A stretch of DNA of 64,000 nt from Candidatus Eiseniibacteriota bacterium (GCA_963740415.1 CAVUEC010000012.1:799-64798), one strand, 5' to 3'. Counted from the stretch's first letter, positions 10,901 to 20,811 are shown. Notes: generated from the sequence alone by a model not told the origin. Made by a program: numbers and translations.

Positions 10901-11924
10901 CGTCACGCTGCGCCAGCTGGGGAACGTCCACCACGCGCGGGGCGACAACACCGGCGCCCAACGCCATTGGGAGGCGTCGCTCTCTCTGTGCCGCGAGCTG
11001 GGCAACAACGAGGACCTGTGCAGTTGCCTCAATAACCTGGGCTCGCTCCACTTCGAGCGGGGCCACTACGCGAGCGCCCATCGCCACTACCAGGACGCCC
11101 TCGAGGTATCGGCATCGATGGGCTCGATGCCGCGCCTGACGGTGCTGCATGTGAACCTCGCCGAGCTGCACCTGAGCCTGGACCAGCTGAACCGCGCCGA
11201 GGACGATCTGGTGCGCGCGCGGGAGCTGGCCGAGGCGCTCGAGGCGACCGGGAACCTGTCACTCATCCACGCCGTCTACGCCGAGCTGCAGGTGGAGCGC
11301 GGCGATTTGGCGGCGGCTCGGGCGGAGGCCGATTTGGCGTCCAACCTCGCGGAGCCGACCGGGCACGCGGAACATCTCGTGAGGGCGCTCCTCGCGTGCG
11401 CGCAGGTGGACTACGCCTCCGAGGACTTCCGGGCGGCGCGGCAATCCGCGAAACGGGCCGGCGACGTCGCGCGGTGGTCGCGGATGCTCCGGTTCGAGCT
11501 CTTGACTGCGTTCGAAGCCGCGCGCGCGGCGTGGAAAGAAGGCGAGATCGAGGTCGCCGCGCACGAGCTTCGCCAGATTTCGCCCCGGGCGGAGGAAGGC
11601 GGATTCCGCCCGCTCGCCGCCAAGATCCGCGGCCTCCTCGGCGAGATTCTCTGGGGGGCGGGCGACCTGGACGGGGCGGCCCTGGAATTCTCCCGCGCCG
11701 CGGACCAAATGAAGGAGATCATCGCGACCTTGAACGAAGAAGACCGGCGCTCGTTCGTCCATCATCCCGAGTGGAAAGCTGCGATCGGGAACCTTCTCGA
11801 TACGCTGATGCGCCTCGGCCGGAGAGAAGAAGCGCTGGCCTACCTGGTGCCCCTCGGCGTGGGGACCTGCGACATCGATTCCGCGCCGGCGCGCGCCGTG
11901 TCGCCGGCGGGGGTGTCGTCGTGA
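7988..11924 (+). CDS. Ser/Thr protein kinase - AAA/STAND ATPase - TPR protein (about 1310 aa; frameshift near 9470)
   Basis: GQGGMGVVY, ALKFL, HRDIKSQN, DFG; Walker A GEAGVGKT, Walker B LVLEDLQWAD; SEGNPFF and TPRs in the 9483-11924 frame; the two ORFs join as one domain series. Confidence 0.85.
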
Positions 11925-13037
11925 GAGCGGCCTCGTCCGGCGGCTCCCGGTCCGGTTCCCCACCCGGTCCACGTTTCGCTCCCGGGTTGCGTCTCGCGCT
12001 GGCGTGGGTTCTCGCGGGCCTCCCGCTCTTCGCGGGCTGCTCGGGGAAGCCTCCCGATCCGGCGTCGCAAACCGACGCGGCGACGCTTCAAAGCACCATG
12101 CCCCGCGTGAAGATCGCCCCCGCGCGGACCAACTCGGATGTGGCGGCCTCCTTCGCGACCTATCTCGAGGCCGAGCGCGAAGCCGAGCTGGTCGCGGAGA
12201 CGGACGGCGAAATCTTTTCGCTCCGCGTCCGCGAGGGCCAGCGGGTGTCCGAGGGCGACACGCTCCTGATCATCGACGACCGCGACGAGCGGCTCGCGCT
12301 CCAGCGTGACGAGGCCGAGCACGCGTGGGCCGTCTCGCAGCTCAACCGGGCCAAGACGCTTGTCGGCGAGGGTCACGTGAGCACGGCCGAAGTGGACCAG
12401 GCGCAGCTCCAGCTGGGGCGCGCCGAGGCCGCGCTGGGGCTCTCGCAAGGTCGCGCTCTCGCGGTGCGCCGTGCGCGCGCCCATCGCAGGGCTCGTCTGG
12501 ATGATCCGGGTTCAGCCGCTCCACCGCGTCACCGTGGGGCAGCCGCTCCTCCGCGTCACCGATCCGGACCAGCTCCGCGCCTCGGCCTACTTGCCCGCCG
12601 AATTTCGCGGCGCCGTCGACGTCGGAAGCAGAGTTCGCATCGAGCCCGTGCGGGGCGGGGTGCCCATTCAGGCGGTGGTGAGCCGCGTGGATCCGCTGAC
12701 CGACCCCGCGAGCAACACCTTCAAGGTGATCGCCACGTTCCGGCGGGGGTCGACGCGGTCCGAAGCGGGGACCGAGGCGCGGTTCGTCCTCCCGGCGCGC
12801 GCCGGCGACGGCGGATGCCTTGTGCCGAGAGGCACGATCGTTCAGGCGGAGGGCGACTCCACCTGGGTCTGGCGTTACGACCAGGACCGGGTTCGCCGCT
12901 GTCTCGTGGACCTCGGCGCCGTCCGCCAGGACGGCCTCCAGATCGATTCCGGCCTGCCCGGCGGGAGCAGCGTGGTGATCGCCACCGACCGGCCGCTGCG
13001 CGACGGCGCGGCCGTGGAGGTCGTGGATTCCCGGTGA
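11921..13037 (+). CDS. Efflux RND/HlyD-type periplasmic adaptor (MFP) lipoprotein (frameshift near 12450)
   Basis: GTG overlaps kinase TGA; lipobox LFAGC; VREGQRVSEGDTLLIID, helical hairpin, then RAPIAG...DPLTDPASNTFKV...SGLPGG in the second frame. Confidence 0.82.
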
Positions 13038-15088
13038 ACCGAAATCCCAAGCTCCGGACCGGGCTGGTCATCCGGAAGGTCGCCGAGGGGGACGACGTCG
13101 CGTTCACCGTCTGCGACTCGGCGCGGGACAAGTACTTTCGAATCGATCCCTACACGCGACTGGTCGCCATCCACCTGGACGGCCGGCGCACCATTGAAGA
13201 AGTCTCGCGCCTCTGCCAGGAGGCGATGCCGCATAACGACCTCTCGCTCCCCGTTGTCGAAGAGGCGATCCAGGACCTGAGCGCGATTGGCCTTCTCGAG
13301 GATCCCTACACAAAAAACCTTCTCCTCATCGAGCGCGCCCGGGCGCGGCGCCCGCGCGCCACCGACTTCTTCCGGAACATGCTCCGGTGGGAAGTGGGCA
13401 TCTGGGATCCGAACTCGCTCCTCGACAGGACCATGGACCGCGTGCGGTGGCTCTTTCACCCGGCCCTGGCAGGCGCGGTCGCCGCGGGCCTTCTCTGGAG
13501 CCTCTGGCTCGTGTTTGTGAATCGCAATCGCGTGAGCTTCAGCCCCAACGCCCTCCTCGGCGTCGGAGGCGGAGGCGACGCCGTCCAGGGCATTCTCTTT
13601 CTCATCGTGATTCTCACGGTGGTCGGCGCGGTGCACGAGTTTGGACATGCCTACGCCTGCAAGCATTTCGGCGGCGAGGTGCACCGGATGGGAGCCATGC
13701 TGATGTACTTCTCGCCGTGCTTCTTCGTCGACGTCTCCCATTCGATGCTCTTCGAGAACCGGTGGCACCGGATCTGGGTCGCGATGGCGGGGATCTACTT
13801 CGAATCCTTCATCACCATCGTGGCCGCCTTTCTGTGGTGGATCACGCCGCCGGAGCTGGCCATCAACGACCTTTCGTACCGGGTGATGATGATGGGGTTG
13901 ATCCTGGGCGTTCTGATGAACCTGAATCCGCTGCTCAAGTTCGACGGATACTTCGTGCTGAGCGATCTGCTCCAGATTGGAGAGCTTCGCGAGAAGTCGC
14001 TGCGATACGTTCGAAATCTTCTGCGCCGTCCGTTCACCAAGTCGGACGAGCCGGTGGAGCGCGTGGTGGGAAAGCGCCGGAAGCGGGCGTACATCATCTA
14101 CGGGGTGGTCAGCTTCGTCTACTCGTACACGGTGCTCGCCTGCTTCTTCCAGTGGCTCAGGGTCACGCTGATCGGCGCCTGGTCGGACACCGGGTTCCTC
14201 ATCTTCGCGGGCATGCTCGGGCTCTTCATCCGGAAGCCGGTCGGGCAGGCCCTGTCCCATGCGGTCGGTGTCGCGCGGAGGCCAATCCGGAGCCTCCTGC
14301 CGTGGGCGATCGGCGCCGTGCTGCTCCTGGTCCTGGCCCAGTTCATTCACACCCCCGGCACGATCGACGCCCGCGCGCGCTACGTGAGCGCGGTTCGGAC
14401 CGCGGTGCGCGCCGAGCAGCCGGGCCGAGTCGCCGCGGTCCTGGTCCATACCGGGGAGCGGATCCTGCCGGGCCGGGTCGTGGCCGTCCTCGAGAACGAC
14501 AGCCTGCTGGCCGCGTGGCAGGACGCCAAAGCGCGGTCCGACCAGAGCTCGATCGACCTCGCGCGCGCGCTCCAGACGTCCGACCCGGTCGGATATCAAA
14601 CGGCCTCGCTCGAGCGAAACGGCGCGCTCGCGGGCGAGGGCGCCCTTCGAAACTCGCGCGCTCGTCTTGCGCTCGCGTCCCCGGAGGGCGGCGTCGTGGT
14701 GACGCCGCGGCCGACGGACCTCGTGGGGGCCCGTCTCGAAGCGGGCGATACGCTACTCGTCGTGGCGCGGGACGAGAACTCCGAAGTGGAATGCGAACTT
14801 AAAGAACGCGACCTGGGTGACATCGAGCCGGGACAGAAGTTCACTTTGAGATTGCGCGGCAATCCGGGCCGCACCCTGACGGGCCGCGTGGAGAAGGTCT
14901 TCTCCCTGCCGCCGGAAGCACCCGGCGACAAGGTGCGGTTCAAAGTGTGGGGACGCCTGGACCGCGCTCCCGGGGACATCCGCCTTGGCGAGAGCGGCAT
15001 CGCCCGCATCGAGGTGGGCCGGTGGAACGTCTACGAGCGGGCGGCGCGAACCTGGTCCCACTTCGTACGCGCGGACTTCTGGCTATGA
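13034..15088 (+). CDS. M50 (site-2) zinc metallopeptidase with N-terminal PqqD/RRE-like domain and C-terminal HlyD adaptor
   Basis: GTG overlaps upstream TGA; N-terminal HLDGRRTIEEV...AIQDLSAIGLLE; HEFGH; NLNPLLKFDGY; several TM segments; VHTGERILPGRVVAVL adaptor motif. Confidence 0.85.
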   Translation: MNRNPKLRTGLVIRKVAEGDDVAFTVCDSARDKYFRIDPYTRLVAIHLDGRRTIEEVSRLCQEAMPHNDLSLPVVEEAIQDLSAIGLLEDPYTKNLLLIERARARRPRATDFFRNMLRWEVGIWDPNSLLDRTMDRVRWLFHPALAGAVAAGLLWSLWLVFVNRNRVSFSPNALLGVGGGGDAVQGILFLIVILTVVGAVHEFGHAYACKHFGGEVHRMGAMLMYFSPCFFVDVSHSMLFENRWHRIWVAMAGIYFESFITIVAAFLWWITPPELAINDLSYRVMMMGLILGVLMNLNPLLKFDGYFVLSDLLQIGELREKSLRYVRNLLRRPFTKSDEPVERVVGKRRKRAYIIYGVVSFVYSYTVLACFFQWLRVTLIGAWSDTGFLIFAGMLGLFIRKPVGQALSHAVGVARRPIRSLLPWAIGAVLLLVLAQFIHTPGTIDARARYVSAVRTAVRAEQPGRVAAVLVHTGERILPGRVVAVLENDSLLAAWQDAKARSDQSSIDLARALQTSDPVGYQTASLERNGALAGEGALRNSRARLALASPEGGVVVTPRPTDLVGARLEAGDTLLVVARDENSEVECELKERDLGDIEPGQKFTLRLRGNPGRTLTGRVEKVFSLPPEAPGDKVRFKVWGRLDRAPGDIRLGESGIARIEVGRWNVYERAARTWSHFVRADFWL

Positions 15089-17055
15089 CCATGGACCCGC
15101 GACCCGGCTCCGGCATCGATCGCATGACCACCACGAGCGGCGTGTTCACCGCCGTCACAACGCGCGCGCTCGCGCTTCAGGAAGTGGCGCTGGCCCTGGC
15201 GTCGAGCGACGATGTGGACGAAGTCTCGGCCGCGTTTCTGCCGCTCGCCTCCGGCGCTCTGGGAGCGCGTGAAGGGGCTCTCTTCCTCGTCCCCGCGGAG
15301 AACGAGTACCGCCTGAACACGCTCCACGGAGCGCCCGATGACCTGCGCGAGCGCGTGGAGGAGAGCCTGGTCGAGCAGGCGGCGGCGGGCATCGCGGGAG
15401 GCTCGGACGTGCCCGTCACGCGCGAGCAGATCCTTCAAGACCCGGAGTACGTCGAGTGGGCCGACGAGCAGGAGCTTCAGGGGGAAGCGAGGCGGCCCTA
15501 CTTCGAGATCTACGCGCCGCTCCGGTCCCAGGAAACGGTGGTCGCCGTGCTCGCGTTCGGCCGCCGCTACGACGGGCGCGACTTCAGCCCCGACGACATC
15601 CTCTTCATCGAGCACATCGGGTCCAGCGCGGCCGTCGCGGTCAGCCGCTGCCTGCTCGGGCGCGAGAACGAGAAGAAGATCGAGTTGCTCCGCGCCCTGG
15701 CCCGGTTCACGAGCGAGATCACTTCGACCCTGGACTTGAGTCGCGTTCTTCAGACGGTCGCCAACACCACGGAGGCTGTCGTCGCCCGCGACCAGGCCTC
15801 GGTCGCGCTATTGGAGGGCGGGATCCTCAAGATTCGCGCGGTGAGCGACAAGGTGACCGTCGAGGCCAACGAAGGGGAAGTGCTTGGCCTCGTCGACGTG
15901 CTGGGCGTGATCCTCCGCCACGGAGGCCGGCTCCGGGCCACGGTGGGCATGGCGGCGGACGAAGAATCGCCGATTCCGGACCGCGAGGTGTTCGCGCGGT
16001 ACTTCGAGGCGGGGGAGATGCAGTCGATTCTCGCGCTCCCGCTTCGGGACGAGGAAGGGCTTCTCGGCTACCTGGTCCTCGAGTCTCGCGATCCCGAGGG
16101 GTTCGGCGACGCGAACGCGGAAGAATTTCTCGGGATCTTGAGCGGTTCGGTGACGGTGGCCATTCGAAACGCGGACCTCTACCGCCGTCTGCCGATGGTG
16201 GGGTTCCTCGCTCCGTTCGCGTCGTCGCGCCGGCGGCTCGAGGCGATGAACCCCAAGCGCCGCTTGCTTCTCCTGGGGAGCCTGGCCGCGGCGGCGCTCT
16301 TCGTCGTCGCGGTGCCGCTCCCTCGAAACGCAGCCGGCCCGGCCGTCGTGCGCCCATCCGAGATTCTCCCGGTGGTCGCACTCGCCCCGGGCACCGTCGA
16401 CCGGGTATTCGCGTCCGGCGGCGAGCGTCTCGTGGCTGGGGCGCCGGTCGCAAGCCTGCGTAATATGGAAACCAGCGCCCGGCTCTCCGCCGCCGAGGCC
16501 GATCTCGCCATTGCGGAGCGCCGAGCGGCCGAGGCCTCGCAGAAGCAGGACCCCGTCGAGGCCCAGCGCTGGGCCCTGGAGGCCAAGAACCTGTCCGGCT
16601 GGATGGAGTACGCCCAGTCCGAGGAGCGGGACCGGCGCCTGACCGCGCCGGTGACCGGCTCGATCCTCACGCCACGACTCGAGGAGAAGGTGGGCGAGCA
16701 CCTGGAGCGCGGCGACGTCCTGTGCGAGATCGCGCGCCTCGATCCGGCCCATGTGGAGGTCCAGGTCTCGGAGGAGGACGTGGGCGACGTGCGGGTTGGG
16801 AAGCAGGCGAGGCTCAAGGTCCTCTCCTACCCGAGCCGTCAGTTCCGGGGAACGATCCTCTCCGTAGCGCCCGAGGGGACGTCACTGCCAGGCAAACCCG
16901 CCATGTTCACGGTCATCGTGGAGTGCCCGAACCCGGATTTGGGGCTCCTGGCTGGAATGTCCGGCCGTGCGAAGCTCGAAGCCGGGTCGAGTCCCCTTCT
17001 CTGGAACTTCCTCAGGCCACTCGGCCGCGCCCTGCGTATGAAATTCTGGATTTGA
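15085..17055 (+). CDS. GAF-GAF-TM-HlyD family secretion adaptor
   Basis: ATGA overlap; two GAF-like segments (PLRSQETVVAVLAFGRR; PLRDEEGLLGYLVLES...IRNADLY); one TM; APVTGSI...VGEHLERGDVL...LLAGMSGRAKL. Confidence 0.85.
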   Translation: MTMDPRPGSGIDRMTTTSGVFTAVTTRALALQEVALALASSDDVDEVSAAFLPLASGALGAREGALFLVPAENEYRLNTLHGAPDDLRERVEESLVEQAAAGIAGGSDVPVTREQILQDPEYVEWADEQELQGEARRPYFEIYAPLRSQETVVAVLAFGRRYDGRDFSPDDILFIEHIGSSAAVAVSRCLLGRENEKKIELLRALARFTSEITSTLDLSRVLQTVANTTEAVVARDQASVALLEGGILKIRAVSDKVTVEANEGEVLGLVDVLGVILRHGGRLRATVGMAADEESPIPDREVFARYFEAGEMQSILALPLRDEEGLLGYLVLESRDPEGFGDANAEEFLGILSGSVTVAIRNADLYRRLPMVGFLAPFASSRRRLEAMNPKRRLLLLGSLAAAALFVVAVPLPRNAAGPAVVRPSEILPVVALAPGTVDRVFASGGERLVAGAPVASLRNMETSARLSAAEADLAIAERRAAEASQKQDPVEAQRWALEAKNLSGWMEYAQSEERDRRLTAPVTGSILTPRLEEKVGEHLERGDVLCEIARLDPAHVEVQVSEEDVGDVRVGKQARLKVLSYPSRQFRGTILSVAPEGTSLPGKPAMFTVIVECPNPDLGLLAGMSGRAKLEAGSSPLLWNFLRPLGRALRMKFWI

Positions 17056-17178
17056 TGCGACAAGTTTGCGGAAATTCCAAAGGCCGCTCGGTTGGTGAAA
17101 GAGGGCCGGCCGCGCCGCCGACGCTCGCGCGCAGTTGCGGCGCAACGGGTTCCAGCAATCGCACCGCAGCGGAGGAGT

Positions 17179-17195
17179 CCGGCACGGCGGTTGCC
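17179..17195 (+). promoter_or_regulatory. sigma54 -24/-12 promoter
   Basis: ccGGCACGgcggTTGCc: GG-N10-GC spacing with GGCACG and TTGC cores; adjacent to a sigma54 activator gene. Confidence 0.75.
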
Positions 17196-17258
17196 ATAGC
17201 ATGATGCCGTGAGCCGGTCGTCATGGTGACACCGGCCGGATGAAACGAGGAGGGTGTC

Positions 17259-17387
17259 ATGGCTGCCAAGAAGATCTCCGCAAAGTCGAAGAAGACGGCT
17301 GCGAAGAAGGGTGCTCGCAAGGTTTCGCCGACCACGCCGCGTGGAATGGCCCGTCGCCAGTTCCTCACGCCGCCTTCGAACGACTAA
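17259..17387 (+). CDS. 42-aa Lys-rich small peptide, candidate precursor/signalling peptide
   Basis: GAGGAGGG RBS; MAAKKISAKSKKTAAKKGARKVSPTTPRGMARRQFLTPPSND*; flanked by sigma54 promoter and hairpin; not in the ORF track. Confidence 0.75.
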   Translation: MAAKKISAKSKKTAAKKGARKVSPTTPRGMARRQFLTPPSND

Positions 17388-17410
17388 GTCCTTCGATCCA
17401 TCCTGTAGCA

Positions 17411-17453
17411 GATCGGGGCGGGACCCGGACAAGGGTTCCGCCCCGAATCGTTT
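17411..17453 (+). terminator. Stem-loop terminator after the small peptide gene
   Basis: cggggcgggaccc-ggacaa-gggttccgccccg followed by aatcgttt; lies between convergent genes. Confidence 0.65.
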
Positions 17454-17513
17454 CCGCTCCGAGGGCGCCTCCAGTCGGCGCCCGGTCGCCCGGGCTTTCG
17501 CTCCCGGCCTAGC

Positions 17514-19394
17514 CTAGCCCGCCCATTTCCAGCCCGGATCGAGATAGCTCTTCAGCGCGCTGTCCAGGTAGTCCTGATAGGCGGCCGGAAGCTTTGGCAT
17601 CCGGCGCTCGCAGATCTTTCGCGCGTGGGCGAGCCCGCCGTCCGCCTGGGCCGCCGACGCCACCAGCCTGAGGACAGCCCGAAGGCGCCGTTCCACCACA
17701 GCGGTCAGGTAGGGCCCTCCCGCGAGCGACCGAACGGCCCGGTCCAGATCGAACCCGGCCTCGCAGAATTCCCGCAGGCATTCTCCCTGGAAGTAATAAG
17801 TGAGCGTGGTCCGGTCGGCCACCGGCGCGTCCTGCGTGCCTTCTCTGGCTTGCGCCACCTTCAGGGTCCGGCCCGCGGAGGCCACATTGAACCCGTGGCG
17901 GCGGAGGTGGGTCAGCACCCAGTTGCCCATGCTCCGGTCGCCGCGCTTGGGTGTGTCTGCGGTTGAGACGAGCGTGGCCGGGCGGCGAAGGATTCGTCCC
18001 AGGTCGGGTCCCACGCCCCCTCCGGTGCCTCCAACCGCGAGGGCCGTGATCAAGTTCTGTAGCTCGCGGATATTACCTGGGTAATCGTGCTCGAGAAGGC
18101 GGGACTCGAGCGCCGCATCGATCTTGAGGACCGGCGTCCCCATCTCCTCAGCCGCAGCCCTGGCGAAAGAACGCGCGAGAAGCGGGATGTCGCCCTTCCG
18201 CTCGCGGAGCGGCGGGATGTGGAGGGTGAGGACGCTCACCCGGTAGTAGAGGTCGCTCCGGAATCGGCCGGCCTCAACTTCCTTCCAGAGATCCCGGTTC
18301 GTCGCCGCCACCATCCGCACGTCGACGTGGACCGTTTCCTCGCCGCCCACGCGCCGGAACACCCCTTCCTGAAGGACGCGCAGGAGGCGCGTCTGGGCGG
18401 GAAGGGGAAGCTCCCCCAGCTCGTCGAGGAAGATCGTTCCCTGGTGGGCCATTTCGAACATCCCGCGCCGATCCTTCACCGCGCCGGTGAACGCGCCGCG
18501 CTCGTGCCCGAAGAGCTCGCTTTCGATCAGATCCTTGGGGATGGACCCGCAGTCCACGACCTCAAACGGTCCCTTTGACCGCGGCGAGATCTCGTGGACC
18601 GCGCGGGCCAAAAGCTCCTTGCCGCTCCCGGTCTCCCCCTGGATCAGCACGGGGCACCGCGTGGGGGCTACGCTGGCGGCCTCTTCCAGCAGGCGGAGCA
18701 TGGCCGGGCTATCGCCGAGGATCTTGTCGGTGAAGGGATGCTTGGCGCGGAGATCGCGGAGCCGCCGCGACACCTGAGACGGCGCGCGAGCCTCCGGGTT
18801 GGGAACGGTCGGGTAGCGAGGCTCGGCGGGCACATCGGTGCCGGCGCCCGACTCGATCGCCTGCGCGGCCATGTCCGCGGCGCGCACGAGAAGCTCGAGA
18901 GTCTCCGCCGCGTACGGCTCGCCGCCGATCCTGGGTCCCACCGCGGCCACCCCGACGAGATCGGAGCGAACCACGAGAGGAAGGAGGAACGCGGCCTCCA
19001 AGCTCTCCGCCCAACGGCGAAGAGGTCCGCTCTCCAGGGGTCCGAATCCGTTCACAGACTCGGTCAAGACGGGAAGGACGCCGTCTCCTTCGGGATCGGT
19101 GAGGAGTCGATGCGTCGCGGTTGAGACGGCTAGCTGCTCGCTCTTGCCGGGCGGGGTGAGACCGAAGGCGACCGAGATTTGCAGTCGCCGTCGCGCCGTG
19201 GCATAGACGTAGCCCACCGCGTGCGAAGCGCCGGTGGAACCCAGTATGGAATGGAGCAGGCGGCCCAAGATTTCGGCCGGCCGGCTGGCGCCGAGGAGAG
19301 AGCGCGCGATTTCGAGCAAAGCGTAGGCGTCGGAAAAGCTGCGGGCCAGATCGGGGTCGGCTGCGTCGATTGCTAGAGGTTCTGGGGCCCGCAT
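17514..19394 (-). CDS. GAF-domain sigma54-dependent transcriptional activator (bEBP)
   Basis: [41 protein letters not shown]; N-terminal GAF; start uncertain (ORF extends to 19490). Confidence 0.9.
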   Translation of the reverse strand: MRAPEPLAIDAADPDLARSFSDAYALLEIARSLLGASRPAEILGRLLHSILGSTGASHAVGYVYATARRRLQISVAFGLTPPGKSEQLAVSTATHRLLTDPEGDGVLPVLTESVNGFGPLESGPLRRWAESLEAAFLLPLVVRSDLVGVAAVGPRIGGEPYAAETLELLVRAADMAAQAIESGAGTDVPAEPRYPTVPNPEARAPSQVSRRLRDLRAKHPFTDKILGDSPAMLRLLEEAASVAPTRCPVLIQGETGSGKELLARAVHEISPRSKGPFEVVDCGSIPKDLIESELFGHERGAFTGAVKDRRGMFEMAHQGTIFLDELGELPLPAQTRLLRVLQEGVFRRVGGEETVHVDVRMVAATNRDLWKEVEAGRFRSDLYYRVSVLTLHIPPLRERKGDIPLLARSFARAAAEEMGTPVLKIDAALESRLLEHDYPGNIRELQNLITALAVGGTGGGVGPDLGRILRRPATLVSTADTPKRGDRSMGNWVLTHLRRHGFNVASAGRTLKVAQAREGTQDAPVADRTTLTYYFQGECLREFCEAGFDLDRAVRSLAGGPYLTAVVERRLRAVLRLVASAAQADGGLAHARKICERRMPKLPAAYQDYLDSALKSYLDPGWKWAG

Positions 19395-19562
19395 CCGCCG
19401 CCTCACGGGGGACTGGGACACTGAAAAGCCCTCCCGGTGGAATTCGCGGATCAGCCCGGAAAGGATAGACCCGGCTCCCGCGCGGGTCAACGGCGCGAGC
19501 GGATTTTTGAGCGCGAAAGTGAAAACGCTTGGGCCGGCGCCGGGGCCTTCGTGAGGGGAGCG

Positions 19563-20798
19563 CTAGAGCCGGCGGAGCTTGGGCGATAGGAGCCCAAGGA
19601 GGCCGGTCAGGCACCCCAGGGATCCCCCGATGGCAAAGAGGACCGGCGCCGAGACCCGCTCGAGGACCAGACCGGCCAATCCGGAGGAGATGGCGGTGAC
19701 CCCCACCACGACGACGTTCTGAAGCGCGAAGACGCGGCCCACCAGCGAGGGCGGAACGATCCGCTGCAAGATCGTGGCGCGGGGGATCGTGATGAGCGGA
19801 ATCACCGTCGAATGAATCAGGGAGACCACGAGGAGATAGGGAAGCGAGCGGCACGCGATGAGCGGCACGTAGGTGAGCCCGTCGAGTGCGATCCCCAGGA
19901 CCACCAGGATTCCGCTCGGATAGCGATGGCCGTACTTGGCGATCAGCAGGCTCCCCGCGATCATCCCGATCCCGTACACCGCCTCGACCATGGCGTAATT
20001 GGCCGCGCTCCCGCCCAGGGTCTCGCGGACGATGACCACGTTGCCGAGAATGGAGGGACCCATGATGAAGAGGTTGTCGAAGGCGGTGAGGACGAGCAGA
20101 AGGACAAGCGTCCGGTCCGACCCGATGGCGCGAAGTCCGCGCCGAAGATCCTCGAGAAGCGAGAGCGGCGCCTCGGTCCCTCGGTGGCCGCGCCCCACGC
20201 CCCGCATGCCGAGGAGCAGGAAGAGCGAGCCGGCGAAGAGGAACACGCCGGCGGGGAAGGTGGAGCCCACCCCGAACCGTTGAATGAGGAGGCCCGCCGC
20301 GAGCGGCCCGAAGAGGAGCGCCGCCTGCTGGGACGATTGCACCCACGCGTTGGCCCGCGTGAGCCGGTCCCGCGTGACGATCTCGGGAAGGAGCGAATCG
20401 CGCGCGGGATTGAAGAGAACCGCCGACGTCGCCATCGCGAACGCGATGACCGTGAGGACCTGCGGCGTGAGCGCGCTTTTCCAGAGCAGGAGCCCGGCCA
20501 GGCCCATCAGGAGCGCGCGTCCGAGGTCGGCGCCGGCCATGACCCACCGGCGGTCCCAACGGTCGACGAGGAGTCCAGCCACCACGCCGAACACGAGCGC
20601 CGGCAGATACGAGACGGTCGCGGCCGCGCCGGTCGCGGCCTTGGAGCCGGTCAGATCCAGAACCAGCCAGACGAACGTGATCTGAAAGATCGAGTCGCCG
20701 AACTGCGAGAGAAACTGCGCCGCCCATAGAAATGTAAACGGGGCGGGAAGGGCCCGCCCCGTTCTGCGCCCGCGGCCCTGCTCGGGCCCCGTGCTCAC
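19563..20798 (-). CDS. MFS transporter (DHA3-like)
   Basis: About 12 TM; LWAAQFLSQFGD, GLLVDRWDRR, LQRIVPPSLVGRVF. Confidence 0.88.
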   Translation of the reverse strand: MSTGPEQGRGRRTGRALPAPFTFLWAAQFLSQFGDSIFQITFVWLVLDLTGSKAATGAAATVSYLPALVFGVVAGLLVDRWDRRWVMAGADLGRALLMGLAGLLLWKSALTPQVLTVIAFAMATSAVLFNPARDSLLPEIVTRDRLTRANAWVQSSQQAALLFGPLAAGLLIQRFGVGSTFPAGVFLFAGSLFLLLGMRGVGRGHRGTEAPLSLLEDLRRGLRAIGSDRTLVLLLVLTAFDNLFIMGPSILGNVVIVRETLGGSAANYAMVEAVYGIGMIAGSLLIAKYGHRYPSGILVVLGIALDGLTYVPLIACRSLPYLLVVSLIHSTVIPLITIPRATILQRIVPPSLVGRVFALQNVVVVGVTAISSGLAGLVLERVSAPVLFAIGGSLGCLTGLLGLLSPKLRRL

Positions 20799-20811
20799 CC
20801 TCGCGTCCGGC

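Noticed and set aside
11396-15088. 1230-aa ORF fusing the adaptor to the M50 peptidase
   Set aside because: The middle is out-of-frame Arg-rich text caused by the indel near 12450; real genes start at 11921 and 13034 with stop/start overlaps
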